A stretch of 64,000 nucleotides of DNA from Octopus bimaculoides (GCF_001194135.2 NC_068985.1:53769903-53833902); one strand, 5' to 3'; counted from the stretch's first letter, positions 47,341 through 62,009 are shown. Translations and numbers: made by a program. The notes: generated by a model from the letters alone, not told the origin.

Positions 47341-48879
47341 AGCACTCCATCGGTTACGATGACGAGTGTTCCAGTTGATACGATGAACCAAACAGCCGGT
47401 TCATAAAATTAACGCGCACTTCATAGACACACGTAACAGTTCTCAGGGAGATTCTGCGTGACACAATGTGACAAGGCTGGCCCTTTGCTTTACAGGTACC
47501 ACTCTTTTTTGCCAGCTGAGAGAACTGGAGCAACGTGAAATAAAGTGTCTTGCTCAAGAATGCAACGCACCGCCGGGAGTCGAACTCACAACCTTACGAT
47601 CGTGAGCCGAATACCCTAACCACTAAGCCACGCGCCTTCACAGACACACGCGCGCGCGTACACGAAGGTCTTCTTTCAGTTTTCATCTACCAAATCCACT
47701 CACCAGACTATAGGCGGCCAGGACGCTACAGTAAAAGACACTTGCCCAAGGTGCCATGTATTGGGACTGAGCCCAGCACTTCCTTCAGAGAGTCGAATCA
47801 GAAACCAACCATCATTACATTTTCTGGCTGGACTACCCAGCGCGACTAACTCTACAAGTCAAATCGCCACCAAATCCCATCCCCTTCAGCCAAAATACAA
47901 TATAAATTATAACCCTATCATTTGACCAAAGGTTTAAAAGAGCGGTTCGCACTTGGAATTTGAATCTTAAAATCTAAGAAAATTAAAGGGTATAAAACTC
48001 CGAATCGCTAGAAACTAATATGGAAGCAAACAATGAAATAATGGTGATCTAAATAAAATGAGACTGTCACAATATCATTTCAGAAAAGAAAATGATTCTG
48101 GTCTAAATATTACTTTAAATATCAACTGAATAATTAATATAAAAGCATATATTTTTAAATCAAAAAGTATCTGGCACTGAAAGAAAGAACTGCAGCAAAA
48201 ATACAACCAAAAAGTTTTTAAAATGTATCTGTATTGTGTGTGTGTGTGTCCAAACTATTTTCATGCTCTGGAGCTTGAAGATTGCTTGGAGACAAGGGAT
48301 GTCCGGGTCAGAATACACCTGGGAACGACAGTAGCTAAGAGGCAGTTCAACAAAACACAAAACCTTGGAACTCCCAAACTAGAGTTACACTATCGAATGT
48401 AGTTTAAAGTCATACCTGGGACAAAATACAAACAAATGGAAATACAAGAAAGAATTAAGGAGAGAAAATTTCATGGATAGAAATTTCGAATATGTTAATA
48501 ATCTAAAGGTGTAAATATTTAAAATAAACTGTCTGCGAAAGACCTTCCCAGGATCCAGTTCCCACTGGCAGGGGATGGGTATTTGCAAATTTACGGTATT
48601 TCATAAAGGACAATCAAGACAGGAAGTACCAGATTAAAGTACCAGACAATGATACGCCACAGAAATATCTCCCATAGTTTACACGGTAATTGATTTGACG
48701 CTGATGATGTTGGACAGTAAAGGCGTTTACATGTAGCTAATCTTTTGTCGTTTTGCTTTTAGTTACCATCATGGTTTAGACTGGTGCACATAATGCATTT
48801 GTTGTTGAAGCATTTAAAAAGGATTGGTGTATGTAGGAGGTATTTTACAGCGTAATGCATCATTAAAGGGAAATTTTAA

Positions 48880-49190
48880 AATTATCTAAATATAAAGAAA
48901 TGGAAATAGACGTAACTGGATTAAAATAGAATACGAAGATTCAAATTAGAAATAAGCTCTAAAATATGATTTAGGAACGATAAAAAAAAATGCGGAGAAA
49001 TGCGTAACCAAATCCTCAGGGATTACAAATATACACATCACACATAAATTAATACTAATAGGCACTGCTCGCATTACATAGCATATCTTCAATGCAACAA
49101 AATAAAATACCGCACATACCCAATGCACAACCTTCGGTAGTGCAGTGAAAGCACACTATGAAAATATGAGTACTGACATAGTCTTCTGAC
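48880..49190 (+). mobile_element. old R4/Dong-like 3' end
   Basis: LSKYKEMEIDVT...IGTARI... The 3' UTR GCACATACCCAA...CGGTAGTG.AGTGAAAGCAC..TATGAAAAT is homologous to the 34022 and 59581 copies. Confidence 0.65.
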
Positions 49191-49199
49191 ATAATCACA

Positions 49200-51070
49200 A
49201 GACCTAAAATTTGAGGGAGGGAGATAGACGGTTAAATCGACTCCAGTACATGGCTGGTCGACTCTGAAAAGAAGAATAATAAAGCTGACCGCGACAGGAT
49301 TTCAACTCAGAAAGAAGGGAACCGCAACAATACTGCAAAGCGTTTTATCAAAGTTAACGATTCTGCCAGTCTATCGCCCTAAAGTAATGCAACAATAATA
49401 ATAGCAATTTTTCTACTATGAGTACAAAGCCTGAAATCTAAGGGGGTAGGCAAGTCGATTAACTGAACCCAGTACTCAACTGGCGTTTAATTTACCTTCA
49501 TGATCTGAGCAAAATGCTTAGCAACATTTCGTTTGCTTTTATATTCCGAGTTCGAATTCCGCCGAGCTCGACTTTGTTTTCCATCCGTTCGAGGTTGAAA
49601 AATAAATACCATTTAAGCACTGAGTGAGTGAATCGATGTAATCGACTCGTTCCCTCCCCTAAAATTTCAAACCTTTGTGCCTATAGTAAAAAAATAATAA
49701 TAATAATAACTATTCATAACACAGGCACAAAGATCTGAAATTTGTAAGGGGCGTTAGTTTATCACATGAACTTACTGGAAAAGATGAAAAATAAAGCTGA
49801 CTTTAACTCCAATGACCAACTGGTACTGATTTTACGAACCCCGAAAGGATGAACAGCAAAGTCGATCACGGTGGTATTTGAACTCAGAACATAAAGAGAC
49901 AGAAGAAATGTCACTTTATATTTTTCCCGACGCTCTAATTATTCCTTCGGCTCGTAATAAAAATCATTGTTACCATTTTAGGCACAAGACCAGTTTTGAG
50001 GGGAGTGGGTCAGTCGATACAATCAACTAAAATACTCGACTAATACTTTATTTTATCGATGCCGAAAGAACGAAAGATAATTTTGACCTCGGCGGGATTT
50101 GAACACTGAACTTATGGAGCCAGAAGAAATACCGCCTAGCATTTTGTCCGACTCGCTAACGATTCTAATAGGTCACTGCTTTAATAATAATAATGGTTTT
50201 CACATTTTGTCACAAGACCAGCAATTTTATGGGTGGACTAAATCGATTACATCGACACTAGTAATCGATTGGAACTTTATTTTATCGATCCTGGAAAGAT
50301 GAAAGGAAAAGTCGATTTTAGCGGGATTTGAACTCAGAAAGTGAAGAGCGAGTTCGCCGCCTTAATAATAGTCCTTTCTACTAGATGCACCAAGGATTGA
50401 AATTTTGGGGGAGGGGTTTAGTCGTTTATATCGGCCCTAATTTTTGACTGGTACTTAATTTATCGATCCCGAAAAGATGAAAGGTTAAGTCGATCTCAGT
50501 GGAATTTGAACTCAGAACGTAAAGACGGACAAAATGCTTAGCAGCATAGCGTTTGAAGTCAGAACGTGAAAACGAACGAAATGCTGCGAAGCATTTTGTC
50601 CGGCGTGCTAACGATTCTCCCAGCTCGCCTACTTAATAATAATAATAATGGTTTTAAATTTTGGCGCAAGACCAGCAGTTCCGGAGTAGGGGCTAAGTCG
50701 ATTACATCGCTCCTGTGCTCAACTGGTATTTAATTTATCGATCCCAAAAAGATGAAAGGTAAAGTCAACCTTCGTGGAATTTGAACTCAGAACGTAAAGA
50801 CGAACGAAATACCGCTAAGCATTTTCTACTATGGGCCCAAGGCATGAAATTTTGCTGATGGGTGTATACTCAAGTAGCACTTTACTTTATCGACCCCGAA
50901 AGGATGAAAAGTTAAGTCGACCTCAACAAAATTTGGAATAATAAGCTACTCTCAATTTCTGTAATGAATACTACGGTCCGCTACTATATCAACTGTAAAA
51001 CTTGAACTCAGAACGTAGAGAATCGTAGCTAAATACAGAGGGCTCTCGCTGTAGTGGTTCTGCTAGTCTC
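49200..51070 (-). mobile_element. head-to-tail pile-up of ~8 TAA-associated SINE copies or fragments (mostly minus)
   Basis: Repeated GAATTTGAACTCAGAAC (reverse B-box) and CGAAAGGATGAAAG blocks separated by (AAT)n remnants. One + copy at ~49505-49690. Confidence 0.8.
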
Positions 51071-52829
51071 CTTCGTATCATAAATAATATTATTGAAATG
51101 TACATAGATATTAATAAAGTCACAATAGAAAACAATTCAGTTCTTTCATAAGAAATATCAATTTAACAATGAAGAAGATAAGAAAACATTAGTTTTGTTC
51201 ACTTACAATGAGTCAACGGCTAACTTGGATCCAAGCTGCATTGAAAAACGGACTTGTGTACTGAAGGCAAAAAAATTCCCAATAGACGTGAAAAATTAAA
51301 GAAAGAGAAAGACGTTTAGGCGGGGGGGGGGAGAAAGAAAAAGAGGTGAATAGAAAGAAAAGAAAAGATGAAAAAAGAAAGGAGGGATGGGAGAAGAAAA
51401 AAATTTACTGAAAACAAGGGAAATAATTTAGTTAGAACTCAAAGTGGTGGACACGAAGTGCAATGCGTGGAAAGCACGGTTGAATGATAACTTAAACCAA
51501 AACTCTGTAACATAAATTGCAAACGGAACCGAGATAGAGGGTAAAGATCGTGGAGAGAGTAGGAAACAGAGCATCTTTTTATCAGCAGACTGAACGAGAT
51601 AACATTCTTAAGTCATTGACCACAAAGACAGCTTTGTAAACAAGATGGCTGATGAATAAACACCAACATTTTATATCTCGAAGCCAGATGTTCTCTCTCT
51701 TTCTAGCGAATGAAGAGTTATGACAAACAATATCAGAAAATAGAAATAAAATTATATAAGTGCACTTTACTTGTGGGGTTTGTTGTTGTTTCTATTAGAA
51801 AAATCGTTGTGATGTATATTTTAGGGTGTTGGTGGAGAAATTGAGATAGTTTTCATTTCAGGAATTTTAGCCCAATTTCGATCTCGTCTGCTTATTTTGA
51901 CAACTAGTGTACAGGAAATGAGAAAGCAAAAAAACAAAAAAAACAGTGCAACACGAAACTAAATGCTTAATGGTATTTAATTCCATAATTTTGTGTTCAA
52001 ATTCTAGCAGTATGCCAAATTAAAAAAATTCCTATTAGCGTGTATATAATTCTTTCAAATTTTGGCACATGACCAGTAGTTTTGTAGGGAGGGGATTAGT
52101 CGATTATATCCACTTCCCCCATCCCAATGCTCAACTTGTGCTTATTTTATCGACCCCAAAAGGATAAGTAAAGTCTACCTCAGTGACATTTGAAATGAGA
52201 ATGTAATAAGTCGGAAGAAATGCCGCAAAACATTTTGTCCGACGCTGTAAGAGTTCTGCTAGCTCACCACCTTTGGAGTGTAAATAATGAGTACTCTACA
52301 GCAGAGGTCTATTTCCTGAGTATCGATAATGCAGTCCGGTTTCGCTTCTTGATTGAAAACATTTTCTTAATCCACGCCGCAAATACTCTTAAGAAATGCT
52401 TGAACATCGCAGACTCTTTCTTTTATTTCTCAATTTATGACTATTGTAATTTGACTCAAATGACCGTGACTAGAATGTGAATATGGAGAGCGTTGTTCCA
52501 GTAAAAGGAAATCTCCCGATAAAGTTTCGATTCCGGCTAAAGCGCTTGAGAAAGAAATAACTTCCATTCCTGTACTAGAAAAATGAATTGTATCTAATCA
52601 AAAGAAATTATTCCAATTAGCAAGGATCTACTATTTTTGATAAATACTTTCCATCTCTAAAAAAAATTTATTATTGCAGTTATTGTTGTTGATGTCATCG
52701 TTCTAATTGTTGTTTATCCAAAAACTATGACCAAACGCATTCCAACCAAAACCATTCTATCAGACTTCCATTATTTAATGTCTTTCTTTTTAAGACAGTA
52801 AGGTGTGGTTTGAGGGAGATTCAACTGTT

Positions 52830-53950
52830 ATTTTCTTTTTCGATAGCTCATTGCATTCACTTAGGAGATGGTTAATACTTTCATATCTTTTTCCACAAAT
52901 CCTGCGTTTGCACTCGGATTGAGTTTTATTAATCTTTGTCTTTATGAAGTTCATTCTATGGATTGTTCTTGAGAGGTTATAATTAGAACTTCGGTTTATC
53001 GGTTCAGGTTTCTGTCTGTCATCCACTTCTTGCGTTCTTTACTTACAACATCGTCGGTTTGTTGTATCCTTCTCTTTCCAACTACTTGTCTTGTCGTTCT
53101 TCCTTCTGTTCTTGAATTCTCCTGCTGCTTCGGTGCCTTTTTGGATGCCTCTGGCCGCACAGCATAGTTTTTCAAACCCAATATCGCAGTATCGACGTTG
53201 TATTCTGCGTTCAACATACCTCTGCATTCTCGCTTTCTTGGTTGTTAAGATCTGTCGGTATTACTTTTAGGGTTGTGCACGCTGTGTGTTGTGAGCAGCT
53301 TTCTAGTCCTGTTTCATTCCGGACGCTCCGTTTTTGTCCATTTTAGAAAAAAAAAACAGAGTATCTCAATCCTGATATGTAATAATTGCTTTGAGAATAT
53401 CTCCTCTGTTTAGTTTTGTTTCAAGCACCTTCCTAATCCTATTCTTGTACCCTTGGGAGATTTCCTCTAATTTCTCTCAACTAATTGTCATTTCCATTAA
53501 CCAATTGTCCTGTAGTTACATGTATCCCTCATTATTTCTCAGCAATCCAATGATATCATCATGTGATAATTTTATAGAATCAGAGTCAATATTTCGGCCA
53601 CTATTCATAATTAAAACTGCATATTTACATATCCCAAACTGCATGCCGATATCCTTGCTAAATATCCTTTATTTTTGGACAAGAGAATCCAGGTTTTTTT
53701 CATTTTTGGCGTATAGTTTGAGGTTACACCATATATAATGAGAGATTTATTTTCATCCTGGTTTTAGTAAGTTCATAGGCAGATCTGAATTTTTCTCAGT
53801 ATACTTGTCAGAGGGAATAATACACTGCCGAAAAGTAATAATTTGTGTTAGTCTCCTTGAAATATCCTTTCCCCATATCTCTTCACTTTCTAATGATTCA
53901 CTTCTACACTTTAGTTCTAATTTCTATGATCTCATAGAAATTTTTCTAAA
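52830..53950 (-). mobile_element. decayed R4/Dong-like LINE (RT thumb + CCHC knuckle)
   Basis: NLDSLVQKIRIFSKDIGMQFGICK...; IKTKINKTQSECKRRICGKRYESINHLLSEC. Confidence 0.75.
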
Positions 53951-54699
53951 AATATATATCATTATTATTATCACCATCGTCGTCGTTTTTGTTGTCGTTG
54001 TTGTTAAAACAGAAGCGTTAGCGAGCTGTCAGAATCGTTAGCACGCCGTACAAAATGCTTAACGGCATTTCGTTTGACTTTACATTCTGAGTTCAAATTC
54101 CGCCGAGGTCGACTTTACCTTTCATTCTTTCAGGGATAATAAAATAAGTGCCAGTCAAGTACTGGAGTCGATGAAATAGACTAGCTCCTTCTCACAAAAT
54201 TTCAGGCTTTGTGCCTATTATTATTATTATTATTATTAAGTGAGAGAGCAGTGCATACCATCAAAGTGACATTGGGAAATAAATATACGAAGCCCATTAT
54301 ACCCATCATAACAACCCATCTGATAAGGGTACACCAGGTACATACATTACAGCAATATGTGCACAACATGGTGATCTCATATCAAGATAAACTACACATG
54401 ACCTTGAAGGTGGGGTTCAATTATAATTTTCTTAAGGTCAAGTAGCCCATCCTGCTCAGAAAGTCCCTGAATAAGATTTCGCTTAAGGATGATGAACGAA
54501 ACCCCCATGAGAATTCCGGTGAACACATGGCTATGATACTCCACCACTACTTCTGCTTGTGGTCAGAGATGCACATATCATCAGCTACCAAGGGACATGC
54601 TCAACTGGTTAAGGTCAAACAACTAACAAGCAGATCTGTGGTATTGAGCAGAATATTTGTTGTAGTCCATCTTTTACAGCAAGACAAAACTTTATTATT

Positions 54700-57110
54700 T
54701 TTGATTTGGCTCAGGTTTGGTCTTATTCCTGGTATGATTTATGTGAGTAGTGGGTACCTGTAACCTTATGTATCCACAAGTTTTTGGCAGTCTTTCATAT
54801 GCTTAGAACCCTCCCGATAATCCTTGCTGTCCCTAAGAGACAAACTTTCGGTTGGAGCTCTATCTGGCATTCTCATTCTATTTCAGTTTCCTCTGGCCTT
54901 TCGTCTATATCCTGGTTTACTGTTTCCAACGCACCAGTTATTATAGGCAAGACCTCTACTGTTCGCATGCTCCAAATTCTTCTTATTTCAAATTTTAAGG
55001 GTTTGCATTTTCTGTTTTTCTTCTTCTTTCTTTACGATCCTGAAATCAAACGGGCATGATGGTTCGATAAGGAAGCAACTTTGCTTTTCCTTATCTATGA
55101 TTGTAATATCTGGTCTACTATTTTCTAACTTCTTGTCCGTTTGAATAGGAAAATCCCACAAAATTTTACATTTCTCCGACTCTAGTATTCTTTCGATTCG
55201 ATGATTGTACCATGAGTTTCCAGCTTCAAATCCCCATTTCTGGCACAGTTTCCAGTGTAAAAGTTTTACAACCTGGTTGTGCCTCCATTTCTTATATTCT
55301 TCCTATGCCAATTCGAGACATTCTGTCACAATGTGTGCCACTGTCTCGTTCTAAGTTCCACAGGCTCAACATTTTCCTGATACATTCTCACCATATATAT
55401 TTTTTCTCAAGTTCTCAAGTTGATCTTGGGCTCTCTTTCTCTTTTTAATTGCCTCTTTTTTAACCAAGCCCAGGATTTCATTCCACATACGTCTTCAGTG
55501 GCTCTCCATAATTGGCTATGTAGAAGTTTTTCTTCGCTCTGTCTGACATGCTCTGTTTGTATTTCATTCTTGTCCTTTTCTTCTATTTCGCGCTTCATTA
55601 CCTGTTCTTAATAAACTACCTTTAGTAGTTTTTCTGTGCTGTTCTGTAAATACTCGACTAGTCTTTTTCTTTCCGTCTGTACACATTCTTCTACTGCTGT
55701 TAAACCCCTCCACCCTAGTCTATCTTCAAGTACACCCGGTTGATATCAGCTTGCGAATGGTGGACTCCATATATCGTCAACAACTTCCCAGTTTTTCTAT
55801 CAAGTTTCTTTATATCGTTTCTGGTCCAGTCTATAATTTCAATTCTATATCTGATTATGGGTACTGCTCTTGAATTTATTGCTTCAATAAGATTTTTGGA
55901 ATTCAGTTTTGACTGCAATAATTTTCTTACCCTCTTTGTGTACTCCCTACTGGTAATTTGTTTCATTTCTTCATTTTTTATTTCGTCTGCTTCCGGTATT
56001 CTCATGTACTTATGCCACTGTCCTTTCTCAACCGCTCTCATTGTTTGACCATTTGGCATTTCAATTCCTTGGCTTCTTTCAAATCTTCCTCGTTTCATTT
56101 TCAATATAGCGCACTTTGCTATCCCAAATTCCATACCTGCATCATTTGAGAAAATGCGGATAGTATGCACAAGATTTTCAAGGTGTTTCTCATTTTTCGC
56201 ATAAACCTTTATATCATCCATGAAAAGGAGATGACTTATCTGACCATTTCCTTTTCCCAAATCGTAAGCAATTTTAACTTTTCGTAATATCATAGTGAAC
56301 AGTGTCATGGAGAATAGGAATAGTAATGGAGATAAGCTATCACCTTGGAATATTCCACGTCTGATGTTCACTTTTCCGAGTTTTTGCTTTCCTCCGATCA
56401 ATTCAGTATTCCAATGTTTTATACTTTCATTAAGCATTTTCTCCGTGTTTTTTTGCTATTCCAAAGATGCTCATTGTTTTACTTATCCAACTGCGTGACA
56501 CCTTGTCATGTGCTTTTTTGTAATCTATCCATGCTACATTCAGTCTCACCAATCTGCGTCTACAATTTCTAATTATCATTTTATTAATTAATAAGTGATA
56601 TTTTTGTTGCCCTGCTTTTTGTTTCTGTTCTTCTGGAAGTAGATTGTTACTTACCAGATGGTTGTATTACACTTCCGCCAAAACACCGGTCATAAGCTTC
56701 TACATTAGTGGTAAACAGGTTATAGGTCAAAAATTTGATGACAAATTCCCTTTCAAGGGATCCTTGAGGCATAGCAACATTCGTCCAGTTGTCATCCAGG
56801 CAGAGACGTGACCTTGCTGCAGGCAGTCATCCAGTTGCACAGCGATCCTTTCATGCAACTGTGTAAAGTTCTTCAGCAAATAGCCTTGTACTTCATCCGG
56901 ACCTTGTACAAATAACCGTATACTCCATCCAGTAGACGCTTTCTATTTAATTGGAGCAGTCTATTCTGTTCGAAATTTTTGCATTTACCATCATATCTTT
57001 TCAATTTGGCCTTTAACGCTGTCACGTTTGTGTCGATTCTTCATGTACCGTTTGACTTCTCCTTTCTTCTATCCTGTACTGTCCATTTAATTTTCAATTT
57101 TAATTTTATT
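54700..57110 (-). mobile_element. R4/Dong-like LINE, RT through RLE, inactivated
   Basis: RRGIFQGDSLSPLLF and HLLFMDDIKVYAK (ORF 55715-56437). Upstream PITCLP; C-terminal CLLGTARII..VL*. (TAA)n at its 5' side (57125-57190). Confidence 0.9.
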
Positions 57111-57125
57111 TTTCCATTTTTCTCA

Positions 57126-57189
<64 letters not shown>

Positions 57190-58030
57190 GATGATGATGA
57201 TTCGAAATGCTTAGCGGTATTTTGCCCGTCGCTACATTCTCAGTTCAAATTCTGCCGAGGTCGACTTTGCTCTTCATCCTTTCGGAGTCGATAAATTAAG
57301 TACCAGTGAAACACNNNNNNNNNNNNNNNNNNNNNNNNNNNNNNNNNNNNNNNNNNNNNNNNNNNNNNNNNNNNNNNNNNNNNNNNNNNNNNNNNNNNNN
57401 NNNNNNNNNNNNNNNNNNNNNNNNNNNNNNNNNNNNNNNNNNNNNNNNNNNNNNNNNNNNNNNNNNNNNNNNNNNNNNNNNNNNNNNNNNNNNNNNNNNN
57501 NNNNNNNNNNNNNNNNNNNNNNNNNNNNNNNNNNNNNNNNNNNNNNNNNNNNNNNNNNNNNNNNNNNNNNNNNNNNNNNNNNNNNNNNNNNNNNNNNNNN
57601 NNNNNNNNNNNNNNNNNNNNNNNNNNNNNNNNNNNNNNNNNNNNNNNNNNNNNNNNNNNNNNNNNNNNNNNNNNNNNNNNNNNNNNNNNNNNNNNNNNNN
57701 NNNNNNNNNNNNNNNNNNNNNNNNNNNNNNNNNNNNNNNNNNNNNNNNNNNNNNNNNNNNNNNNNNNNNNNNNNNNNNNNNNNNNNNNNNNNNNNNNNNN
57801 NNNNNNNNNNNNNNNNNNNNNNNNNNNNNNNNNNNNNNNNNNNNNNNNNNNNNNNNNNNNNNNNNNNNNNNNNNNNNNNNNNNNNNNNNNNNNNNNNNNN
57901 NNNNNNNNNNNNNNNNNNNNNNNNNNNNNNNNNNNNNNNNNNNNNNNNNNNNNNNNNNNNNNNNNNNNNNNNNNNNNNNNNNNNNNNNNNNNNNNNNNNN
58001 NNNNNNNNNNNNNNNNNNNNNNNNNNNNNC

Positions 58031-59520
58031 CTTATTGCAGCCTTTATTTGTTCCATGCACTTCTCAATGTTTTTACTCACTGTTCCGAGGGCTCCGACAA
58101 CTATTGGTACTACTAGCACCGTTTTCATCGACCACAACTGCTTAACCTCCCAAGCTAACCTGTCATATCTTTCGACTTTTCTTCCTTATCGCATACCTTG
58201 TTGTCAGCTGGGCATGCTATATCTATGATCCAGGATCGTTTGCTTTCTTTCTCAATTAAGACTATGTCTGGCTTCCTATTCTCTATCTCATGGTCGCACT
58301 GAATCATAAAATCCCATAGGATCTTTGCATTACCATTTTCGATGATCACTTCGGATTTATGTTCGTACCATTTTTTTGCTCTGTCAAGTTCATACTTGTT
58401 GCAAAGCGTCCAATGGACAAGCCTTGCTATATTGTCATGACATCTCTTATATTCTTTCTGGGCTAGTGGTATACATTGACTGGTAATATGCTATACGGTT
58501 TCACGATTTTGTTCACAAATTCTGCACTTATCACTTTTTGATGTGCTGTCTATTCTGTATTTGATGTAATTCGTTCTTAGTGCTTGCTCTTGGACAGCAC
58601 AGATTAGAGCTTCCGTTTCCGGTTTTAAATCACTTTTAGTCATCCATAGCCATCTTTTTTCTCTCTCTCTCTGTCTTATTTTCAACATCCCTATGAAATT
58701 GTCCAAGAATTTTTTTCTTTATCCACCTATTTTCAGTTTTCTTCATTCTCAAGTACTTGTACAGTGCTTGTACACAAGCCTGACCTTCTTACTTCCAATA
58801 ATATCGGTTCTATGACATTTTTTACATACCATGCTATGTTGTTTTCTTCTGCTCTAACGCTATGTTCGCATCCAATCAGTCCTCTTTTTCTTGGTACAAA
58901 CAGTCTGTCTGTGTCACTTTTTGGGTGGAGTGACCCATATCTAGTTAGCAACTTCCTTGTCTTTCTGTCTAAGCTGTTTATTTCGTCTACTGTCCATGCG
59001 ATTACCCTTGCTCCATATCTAATGAGTGAAACCGCCCAGGTGTTGATAGCTTCAATCTTATTCCATCCGTTTAATTTCGACTTAAGGATCAGTATTAGCC
59101 TGCGCAAGTACTCCACCTTAAATTTTTATGTCATTTCTTTCTCCATCAATTTATCCATTTCCAATTTCCCCAAGTACTTATAGCCCGTCTCTTCTATCTG
59201 TTTCATAATCCTCCCCGACGCTATCGCTAGCCCGTCCATACATTTGATTTTGCCTCTCTTCAAGACTAATACACGACACTTTTTCAGTCCGAACTCCATT
59301 CTGATATCAGCACTGAAAGTATCAACGAGGGAACTAACTTGGAATTCATTTTTACCATAAAGTTTGAAGTCAGCCATGAATAACAAGTAGTTGATTTTTG
59401 TTGGCGGCTTTTGAATACATACCCAGCCTTTGCTTTCCTCAGAATCGGTGTTAGTGGTATCATACACAGTACAAAGATCAGTGGGGACAGGCAGTGCCCT
59501 TGGAAGATGCCTCTCCTGAT
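58031..59520 (-). mobile_element. 5'-truncated R4/Dong-like LINE
   Basis: Starts at IEIRRGIFQG directly after (TAA)n. Contains LLFMADFKLYGK, KPETEALICAVQEQAL, CRIC knuckle and the RLE motif RKPDIVLIEK...IIDIACP. Confidence 0.9.
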
Positions 59521-59523
59521 TTC

Positions 59524-59580
<57 letters not shown>

Positions 59581-59584
<4 letters not shown>

Positions 59585-61107
59585 TAGTCTTATTTTTATA
59601 ACGTGCTTTCACTTCACTACCGAGCGCAGCTCTGTGTGCCTTGGGTATGTGCTGTGATTTGCTGTGATGCTCTTATGGTTACTGTATCGAAAGTGTTTTG
59701 CGTAGGATGTGTGCAGTGCCCAGTAGTGCAATTTTCTGTATGTTACATATATTTGTAAGTCCTGATGTTTTTGTTATGTATTTGTCTGAATATTTTTATC
59801 ATACCTAATGCGCCTACTATGATAGGAATTGTTTCTGTTTTTAGATTCCACATTCGAGTTACCTCTATTTCCAGGTCTTTGTATTTTGAAAGTTTCTCCA
59901 TTTCTTTTAGAGAAACGTTATAATCTGCTGGTATTGATACATCAATTAGAACTCAATTTTTTTCTTCATGATCTCTGACAACTATATCTGGCCTATTGGC
60001 CTTAATTTCTCTATTTGTGTGTATTGGCATATCCCAGAGTACGGTTGCTTTCACATTTTTCTGTGACCTTTTCTGGTGTGTGCCTATACCATCTTTTTTC
60101 TGTTGTTATTCCATAGTGTTGGCATAGCTTCCAGTGTATGTAGGTCCCAGCTCTGTCGTGTCTGTGAATACATTCCTTCTTAGCCAGGACTGGGCAGCCA
60201 GAGATAATGTGATTTATTGTTTCTTTTCCATCTCCACATATTCTGCAGTTACTTGTTATGTTTCTTTTCATTATATGTTTTTGGTAATTTCTGGTGAGGA
60301 GGCTTTGGTCTTGTGCTGTAATTAAAAACCCTTCAGTGCCAATCAGAAAAGGAGTGGAGAGAGCGAGTCTCCTCGGAATATTCCTCTTCTAATGGGGATG
60401 GCTTTGGTTTTCACGAGTCCCTCTTTTGTTTGGAGCTTTAGCACTGTATGCCATTTATTCATAGAGTATCTTATGTATTTTATAATTATTGGTGCTACCT
60501 TGTTTATGGCTAATGTTTCGAGGATCCATTTGTGGGGAATACTATCAAAAGCCTTTCGGTAGTCGGTCCAGGCCATACTGAGGCCTTTCTTCTTTCTGCG
60601 GCTGTCTTCAGTTATGGCTTTATTGATCATTAATTGACCTTTACAGCATCCCTTCTACTCTTCTGGAAACAGGTCGTTTTCTTCCAGGTGCTTGCTCAAT
60701 CTCTGCGATATTATTGCAGTAAAGGCTTTGTAGATTGTAGGGAGACAGGTTATAGGTCTGAAGTTTTGTGGTTTGCCGTTTCAGTGGATTTGGGAATTAG
60801 GATAGTTTTCCCTTTCGTGAGCCATTCGGGCATTGTCTCTGGCTCTGCTAGTATGCCGTTAAAGTTATCAGCCAGCTTATTGTGTATTCTTGTCAGATAT
60901 TTTAACCAGAAGTTGGGGATCTTGTCGTGCCCAGGTGCCTTCCAGTTGCTTAGTCTTTACAGTGCCTGGGGGACCTCTTCAGTTGTTATAGGGGTCCAGA
61001 GTTGCTCAGGTGCTAAGTTCGTTGTTTTAATAGTCCTTTTCTGAGGTTGTTCCTTTGCCGACCATATTTCTTTCCAAATTCTTCCACTCCTTCTGCTGTT
61101 GGTGCTG

Positions 61108-61110
<3 letters not shown>
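59581..61110 (-). mobile_element. R4/Dong-like LINE with internal deletion
   Basis: DYRKAFDSIPH...RRGIFRGDSLSPLLF is joined directly to TEGFLITAQDQ...CRICGDGKETINHIISGC. (TAA)n at both ends. Confidence 0.9.
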
Positions 61111-61155
<45 letters not shown>

Positions 61156-61179
61156 GAGCCGACCAACAGGCAGCATCCG

Positions 61180-62009
61180 ATTTTAAGGCGGTGAGCAGGA
61201 AGAATCGTTAGCACGCCAGACAAAATGCTTAGCGGCATTTCGTCTGTTCCTACATTCTGAATTCAAATTCCGCCGAGATCGACTTTGCCCTTCATCTTTT
61301 CGGAATCGATAATATAAGTACCTGTTGAATATTGGGGTCGATGTAATCGACTATCCCCTGCCCCTAATTTCAGGACTTGATCCTATTGTAGAAAGGATTA
61401 TTACCATTATTAAGACGATGAGCTGCAGAGTCGTTAGCAACACAGACAAAATACTTAGCGACATTTCGGCCGTCTTTACATTCTGAGTTCAAATTCCGCC
61501 AAGGTCGACTTTGCTTTTCATATTTTGGGGATCGATAAAATGAGTACCAGTTGAATATTGGAGCCGATGTAATTGACTTGTCCCCTTCCCCGAACTTTCT
61601 GGCTTGTGCCAAAATTTGAAACCATTATTATTATCATTTACTTTTAATCTGCATGTTTGTTACAATCACTTGCTGAGACACACCCAGCGTCCTAGAGCGA
61701 GTGAAGGAAAAGAGATGTTACAGTATGACTGAAAGCTTGGGAAAGAGGGGATGTGGTAGGGGCAGTAGTGAAATATCTTCGCGTAATACAACACACACAT
61801 TTAAGTCGATAGGGATTTTCTAAGGATGTGGGCAGTACTTGTCAGCAAAATCTTTTGGATTTCTCTGAGACATGGTTCTCCTGGGATCTTATCTAGATGT
61901 TTCTGACATCCCATTTTTATCATACCTAGGGCACCTACAATAACAGGCACAGTTCTCGCTTTAAGATGCCACATCTTTTGTATTTCAATTTCCAGGTCCT
62001 TATATTTAC

